Source: Promethearchaeota archaeon | Lineage (GTDB): Archaea > Asgardarchaeota > Hermodarchaeia > Hermodarchaeales > Hermodarchaeaceae | Assembly: GCA_048938295.1 (NCBI GenBank) | Contig: JBHLMI010000009.1 | Location: 49,463 to 81,462 of the forward strand | DNA: 32,000 bases | Direction of reading: 5' to 3' | Shown: positions 27,818 through 32,000 of the stretch, in pieces | How the letters are laid out: each line of letters opens with the position of its first letter | Numbering within the stretch: position 1 is the first letter of the stretch | The notes under the pieces: generated by a model | What the model was told of the DNA's origin: nothing | Database searches by the model: none | The model's input: only the letters and a program-made list of their open reading frames with translations | Position numbers and translations under genes: made by a program

Positions 27818-28560
27818 CGACAAGAAGACGAGGGGTAAGTTTCCCACTAATTACTCTGGCCTTATCATTGGTTGGGCTTGGTTTGTTGCCATTGTTAGTG
27901 TTGACGGCACCTCCTTCCATCATCGTTCCTTGGCAGAATCAGCTAATGGGTATCAGCTTCGCATTAATTTGCATCTTGGGTATCATTGCAGGGGTTTCTC
28001 CATCACATTGCTCTCGTCGTTCCAAGACAAGTGAACTTCGCGTAGCAGAAACAATGAGGTTAGAAGCAACCGAAAGTTCTACTACATTAATACACAAAGA
28101 AGGACATCATCCCACATGCGACCAGTATCACGGTCACATCCTACGAATCTATAATCGTGTTTTATGTGCGGGATGTACAGGATTGGTTACAGGAGCAGCT
28201 TTTGCATTAATTGGTACTATTTTGTTTTTCTTCGCAAACTTTCCTATCATATTACCGAATGTTATATTCTGGATTGGGTTTATTCTGGTGGCATTAGGGC
28301 TGATTCAACACTTTGTGTATCGTTTAGTTCGGGTTCAGCGTGGAGAGGTTCGGATTATAGTGAATGGGTTATTCGTCATAGGGGCATTCCTACTACTCGC
28401 TAGTGTCGTACAACTAACCAACAACCTCGTTGTTAGTGGGTATCTGCTAATCCTTACTCTCTATTGGGTATTCACACGGATAGCCATGTCTCGTTGGTCG
28501 CATCAACGCATATGTGTACGATGCCAGGTTGCAGATTGCCCTTTGTCAGATGCTTGTTGA
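27814..28560 (+). CDS. Cys/His-rich multi-pass membrane protein (loosely DUF2085-like)
   Basis: HHPTCDQYHGH...LCAGCTG and C-terminal HQRICVRCQVADCP with about six TM helices. ATG 27814 overlaps the radical SAM stop (ATGA). Confidence 0.78.
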   Translation: MTTRRRGVSFPLITLALSLVGLGLLPLLVLTAPPSIIVPWQNQLMGISFALICILGIIAGVSPSHCSRRSKTSELRVAETMRLEATESSTTLIHKEGHHPTCDQYHGHILRIYNRVLCAGCTGLVTGAAFALIGTILFFFANFPIILPNVIFWIGFILVALGLIQHFVYRLVRVQRGEVRIIVNGLFVIGAFLLLASVVQLTNNLVVSGYLLILTLYWVFTRIAMSRWSHQRICVRCQVADCPLSDAC

Positions 28561-28893
28561 TCATGAAGTCTGCCTTCGGCGGATTGAATAAACCGCACCA
28601 GCAACAATCAATACTCCAATAGTGACCAGAATAAGGGGCCAGAAGTAGTCGAAGATATTCCATCCGAGAAGCGCTCCAACTGCCCAGAGGATAATGATAA
28701 TCCCAATGAGTAGGCCACAGATTGCTCCACCATATGGAAGGCCGAAGCATTGTTCCTCGTCAGAGCCATAGCAGTCTTTGTCTTCTGCATGAGCTTTTGG
28801 TTTGACAGTTTTATCAGCAAGATGGGCGCCGCACCGAGCACAAAACTCTGCATCCTTTTCGTTTTCATAACCACAGGCTGAACATTCTTTCAT
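28561..28893 (-). CDS. Zinc-ribbon membrane protein (110 aa), paralog of 25719-26051
   Basis: CSACG...FCARCG, EEQCFG.PYGGAI and two TM helices. ATG 28893 has GGAGG upstream. Confidence 0.85.
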   Translation of the reverse strand: MKECSACGYENEKDAEFCARCGAHLADKTVKPKAHAEDKDCYGSDEEQCFGLPYGGAICGLLIGIIIILWAVGALLGWNIFDYFWPLILVTIGVLIVAGAVYSIRRRQTS

Positions 28894-28973
28894 GAGAAGC
28901 CTCCTTGGCACTACCATCAGAGTCTAACCTCTTAAAATTTCAGGTTAGCCTGTTTCCTTATGAAAAATAGTAG

Positions 28974-29489
28974 TTAGGCATAGAATCCGGGTTGGTGTTG
29001 TTGATCCGTGGGTAGACCAAAATGGTGCCCGAAGGTCCAGATGACAAAAAGCATGCTACGAAACACATCATCAATAGCCTCGAGTAGTGAGGTTTTGGAC
29101 AAATTGTCATCAAGTAAACGGACTTGAAATTGTACAGCATCCCAGACGCCCTCATTTTCTTTGACCGAAAAGCCTGGTCGACGAGACAGGAGCTGGAGTT
29201 TAAGATCGTGAGTGATAGACTTTCGTTTCTCGGGTGAGAGCTTCGAAAGAGCAGTCTTTTGCGAGGGGGCAACGCGTATCACCGAGATGACTAGAACGCC
29301 ATCTTTCATATCTCGGGGTTTAACAATCTCAATATGATAAGGAGAGCCGACTGGATAGTTAATGCCGAAATGGAAACCTGCCTTAGGATCATCAACTTCC
29401 TTGCGAAACATACCCTCCTCAGCTAGCCAATCATAGATTTTTTGTTTCCATTTGGCGGCCTCGTTTGTTAGTTTCACTGATTTTGACAC
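28974..29489 (-). CDS. DUF2299-like conserved archaeal protein
   Basis: IYDWLAEEG, FHF.I.YP, H.EIVKP and FRSMLFVIW match my recollection of DUF2299/COG5440. GTG start. Confidence 0.7.
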   Translation of the reverse strand: MSKSVKLTNEAAKWKQKIYDWLAEEGMFRKEVDDPKAGFHFGINYPVGSPYHIEIVKPRDMKDGVLVISVIRVAPSQKTALSKLSPEKRKSITHDLKLQLLSRRPGFSVKENEGVWDAVQFQVRLLDDNLSKTSLLEAIDDVFRSMLFVIWTFGHHFGLPTDQQHQPGFYA

Positions 29490-29627
29490 AATTATCCCTT
29501 CAATGCCGTGTTCGCTGAGTTCATCAAGTAAGAGTAAATAAGAACCTTTCTTATCATTGGTTCGGTCCAGTCTTTACTGCCTAGAAATTGCTCTTCCAAT
29601 CAGGGAGACTTTAAAGAGAATGTACGT

Positions 29628-30014
29628 TCAGACCAGTAGGCGGATTCTGGCTGGTCGATTTGGATTTATCTCGGCAACCTCAGCGTAGGCCAGGGCCGCA
29701 GCGAACTGGCTGGCGGAGGTGGCCCCGGTTGTATGCGGGCGCACTACAGCGGCCACAGTTCCTGGATTCGGTTGACCAGTGGTGGCACCTATCTTCATCC
29801 ATCCACCGGGAGGCAGAAACTTGAATTCCTTAACGAGATCATCTACCGCATTCATTTGAACCGCAACACGAGCTTTTTTCTCACCAATGCGGAATACCAT
29901 TTCAGTTGGTGAAACTGATTCAACAGTGAATTCCGCACCAGTAGGCGTTTTCAGTGTCGATCCATTTGCAAGTTTCTTTCGGATCGCTTGTCGAATAGTA
30001 TCAGATTGAATCAT
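29628..30014 (-). CDS. Hypothetical soluble protein (128 aa)
   Basis: Stand-alone ORF filling the gap, with natural composition and GGAG upstream. No family recognised. Confidence 0.75.
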   Translation of the reverse strand: MIQSDTIRQAIRKKLANGSTLKTPTGAEFTVESVSPTEMVFRIGEKKARVAVQMNAVDDLVKEFKFLPPGGWMKIGATTGQPNPGTVAAVVRPHTTGATSASQFAAALAYAEVAEINPNRPARIRLLV

Positions 30015-30178
30015 TTTGCATGCAGCTCCAATGACCTGTATATATTAGCAGTGCTGCCTTTTCAGACTTACCTATTCGAATTCTGTTTAAGTCAGACTGC
30101 CAAATGATGGGCCCTTCCTTTTTTCCACTAGCTTTTCGCTGCTGAGTGGATTTTTAATGTAAAATTTTCACATGTGTT

Positions 30179-30703
30179 CTAGGTCAAACTTGCGCCACAA
30201 ACGCCACAGAATTGGGCATCAGGATCTGCGACGGGATTTCCGCATGCGGGGCAGTATTTGACACCAGGAATAGGTTTAGGAGCTTCCTTCTTCGTTGAAG
30301 CGGGGGTTCGAGCCAGAGTTGTGGTGGATTCGCTTGGAGCGATAGCACCTGCAATTAGAACTAAGAGTCCAGGAAGGAACCCAGCGAATAGTAGACCAAG
30401 GATTCCAGTCACAATTAATCCAGCTCTGTGTTGACTGGGTGTGCTACGCCACATGAGCCAGAGAATCGAAAAGATCAGAGCCACGACGGTCATTATACCC
30501 ATGAAAAGGGTTCCACCAAGCATGACATTCATTAAATCAGCTAGGGATGGGGAACCTGGTGGAAGAGAAGATGGGGGAATTGAAAGAACAGCCGCAAATA
30601 AAAACGTAATTAGCGCTGTAAATGCCATCAGCACGAAGAAGAAGATGATTTGGATTATTGCAGCAATTAATACGAGGGTTGAGGATGTACCTTCATCAGC
30701 CAT
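30179..30703 (-). CDS. Membrane protein with C-terminal zinc ribbon
   Basis: Three hydrophobic segments, a low-complexity linker and terminal YCPACG...FCGVCG. Confidence 0.82.
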   Translation of the reverse strand: MADEGTSSTLVLIAAIIQIIFFFVLMAFTALITFLFAAVLSIPPSSLPPGSPSLADLMNVMLGGTLFMGIMTVVALIFSILWLMWRSTPSQHRAGLIVTGILGLLFAGFLPGLLVLIAGAIAPSESTTTLARTPASTKKEAPKPIPGVKYCPACGNPVADPDAQFCGVCGASLT

Positions 30704-30876
30704 TATAAAGATCTCCAGAGGAGTTCCTAAGAATTGCCCTTAATCTGGGCGTATAAAATTATGTATCGAAGCTCAGGCTAAAATAAGTGAGCTGGAAGTC
30801 CAATAGGTTTTTCTACAGCCGTTTTCCATCAGCCCCGGAAGAATGTGTGATAGAAATCTAACAGGAATAGATGACG

Positions 30877-31602
30877 ATGTGCTATCACTACACTGTTCCT
30901 GATGTCGATTCGTTGGAGTCTTGGTTCCATGCAAAGGCTTCTGATTCGGTAGAATTTGACCGCGTGTATCACGTATCGGGTTTTGTCAAACCAAATCTAC
31001 CTGTGATCACGGACGAGCGGCCGGACACTATTCAAATGCTGACGTGGGGGCTTATCCCCCACTGGGTTACAGAAATCGCTACTGCCAAACAACTTCAGGG
31101 GCGATTACTCAATGCCCGGTCAGAGACGATTCATGAAAAGCCTGCCTTTCGGTCTTTAATTGCTACAAAACGGTGCCTTATATTGGCTGATGGTTTCTTT
31201 GAGTGGCGTCACTTCAACGGTCAAATTTATCCTTACTATATTCAACTTGCTAGCCATGACCCCTTTGCCTTTGCTGGACTGTGGGATAACTGGACTAATC
31301 CCGATACAGGCGAGGATGTGAAGACTTACACCATCATCACCACGTGGGCAAATTCCTTGCTTGAACAGGTCCACAACAAACGAAAACGGATGCCCGTCAT
31401 CTTGCACAGGGCTGATGAGAAACCCTGGCTAGAAGTTGAGTTGACCCGCGACGCGATTGATAGCCTGTTAGTCCCCTTTGAGGCAGTTAAAATGGTGGCA
31501 CACCCGGTCTCGCGGTTAATCACCACAAAGGGAGCAAAGAAAAACATCCCTGCTGCCATAAAACCCATTGACTATCCTGAGCTCCCAGCAATTAAACGCT
31601 AA
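30877..31602 (+). CDS. SRAP/HMCES (YedK-like) abasic-site-crosslinking protein
   Basis: NARSET, RCLILADGFFEW, FAFAGLW and H...RMPVIL. Start set at ATG 30877 so that Cys is residue 2 (MCYH), as SRAP chemistry requires. Confidence 0.93.
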   Translation: MCYHYTVPDVDSLESWFHAKASDSVEFDRVYHVSGFVKPNLPVITDERPDTIQMLTWGLIPHWVTEIATAKQLQGRLLNARSETIHEKPAFRSLIATKRCLILADGFFEWRHFNGQIYPYYIQLASHDPFAFAGLWDNWTNPDTGEDVKTYTIITTWANSLLEQVHNKRKRMPVILHRADEKPWLEVELTRDAIDSLLVPFEAVKMVAHPVSRLITTKGAKKNIPAAIKPIDYPELPAIKR

Positions 31603-31620
31603 CCTTGAAGGTGTCAATAA

Positions 31621-32000
31621 ATGACGTCGTGCTATACTGCGTTTCAAACTCCCTTCGGCGAAATGAGCATCGTCTGGGAGGAAACACATCCCCAGATTCT
31701 CGTGAAACATATCTTCCTTTCAAAACCCCCGCAGCCAGCTAAGCAACGAGCAATGAAGCTGTTCCCTGAAGCAGAACCTGCTACATCTCCTCCAATTGCT
31801 GATCTTGTTTCTGCGCTTCAGTCGTTTCTGCGTGGCGAAGTAGTTGAGTTTGATTTAGAGTTGCTTGACTGGTCTCAATGCTCAGAGACACAACAACGGG
31901 TATTACGAGCAGAAGCAGGGATCCCACGGGGCTGGATAAGCACCTACAAACGTATCGCCCAGCACATTGGTATCGTGAATGGTGCCCGTGTAGTAGGGAA
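31621..32000 (+). CDS. ogt: Partial (3'-truncated) methylated-DNA--protein-cysteine methyltransferase (Ogt/MGMT)
   Basis: Manual translation MTSCYTAFQTPFGEMSIVW...QQRVLRAEAGIPRGWISTYKRIAQHIG...ARVVG, i.e. the IP.G...TY..IA...G...AR.VG helix-turn-helix. The PCHR site would lie beyond the window. Absent from the ORF track. Confidence 0.88.
   Translation, partial: MTSCYTAFQTPFGEMSIVWEETHPQILVKHIFLSKPPQPAKQRAMKLFPEAEPATSPPIADLVSALQSFLRGEVVEFDLELLDWSQCSETQQRVLRAEAGIPRGWISTYKRIAQHIGIVNGARVVG

Noticed and set aside
28558-28563. TGATCA palindrome formed by abutting convergent stop codons
   Set aside because: An inevitable consequence of two TGA stops meeting with zero gap.
1-32000. CRISPR arrays, tRNA/rRNA, IS elements, integrases
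   Set aside because: I saw no regularly spaced repeats, cloverleaf or T-loop signatures, rRNA-like stretches, transposase or recombinase motifs, or terminal inverted repeats on reading. tRNAscan-SE and a CRISPR finder would be needed to exclude them formally.

Overview
Gene-dense, prokaryotic window that looks archaeal. The evidence is a nurA-herA-mre11-rad50 operon, KaiC/RAD55-like ATPases, a DUF2299-like protein, zinc-ribbon membrane proteins, GGAGG/GAGGTG ribosome sites and TATA-like boxes. An Asgard- or Bathyarchaeia-like origin is an inference only. From left to right the window holds: a truncated ORF missing from the supplied track (<1-783, minus); a tightly coupled nurA-herA-mre11-rad50 operon (minus); two paralogous membrane proteins; a SPASM radical SAM enzyme with a putative PqqD/RRE-like N-terminus coupled to a class I methyltransferase; a VIT1/CCC1 transporter; a PHP phosphoesterase; two paralogous KaiC/RAD55-like proteins lacking the Walker A lysine, which flank a catabolic block (extended SDR, 3-hydroxyacyl-CoA dehydrogenase-like, ThDP enzyme, MFS); MscS; CorA; a heterodimeric ABC exporter; zinc-ribbon membrane proteins around a B12-binding radical SAM gene; a DUF2299-like protein; and a SRAP/HMCES gene followed by a truncated ogt (MGMT) gene. 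The strongest anomaly is the Rad50. It has no CXXC zinc hook (one Cys in 790 aa) and instead carries a 47-residue uncharged hydrophobic hairpin at the coiled-coil apex, suggesting a membrane-anchored NurA-HerA-Mre11-Rad50 machine. I saw no rRNA, tRNA, CRISPR array, transposase or integrase. All assignments come from reading motifs by eye; no searches were run.
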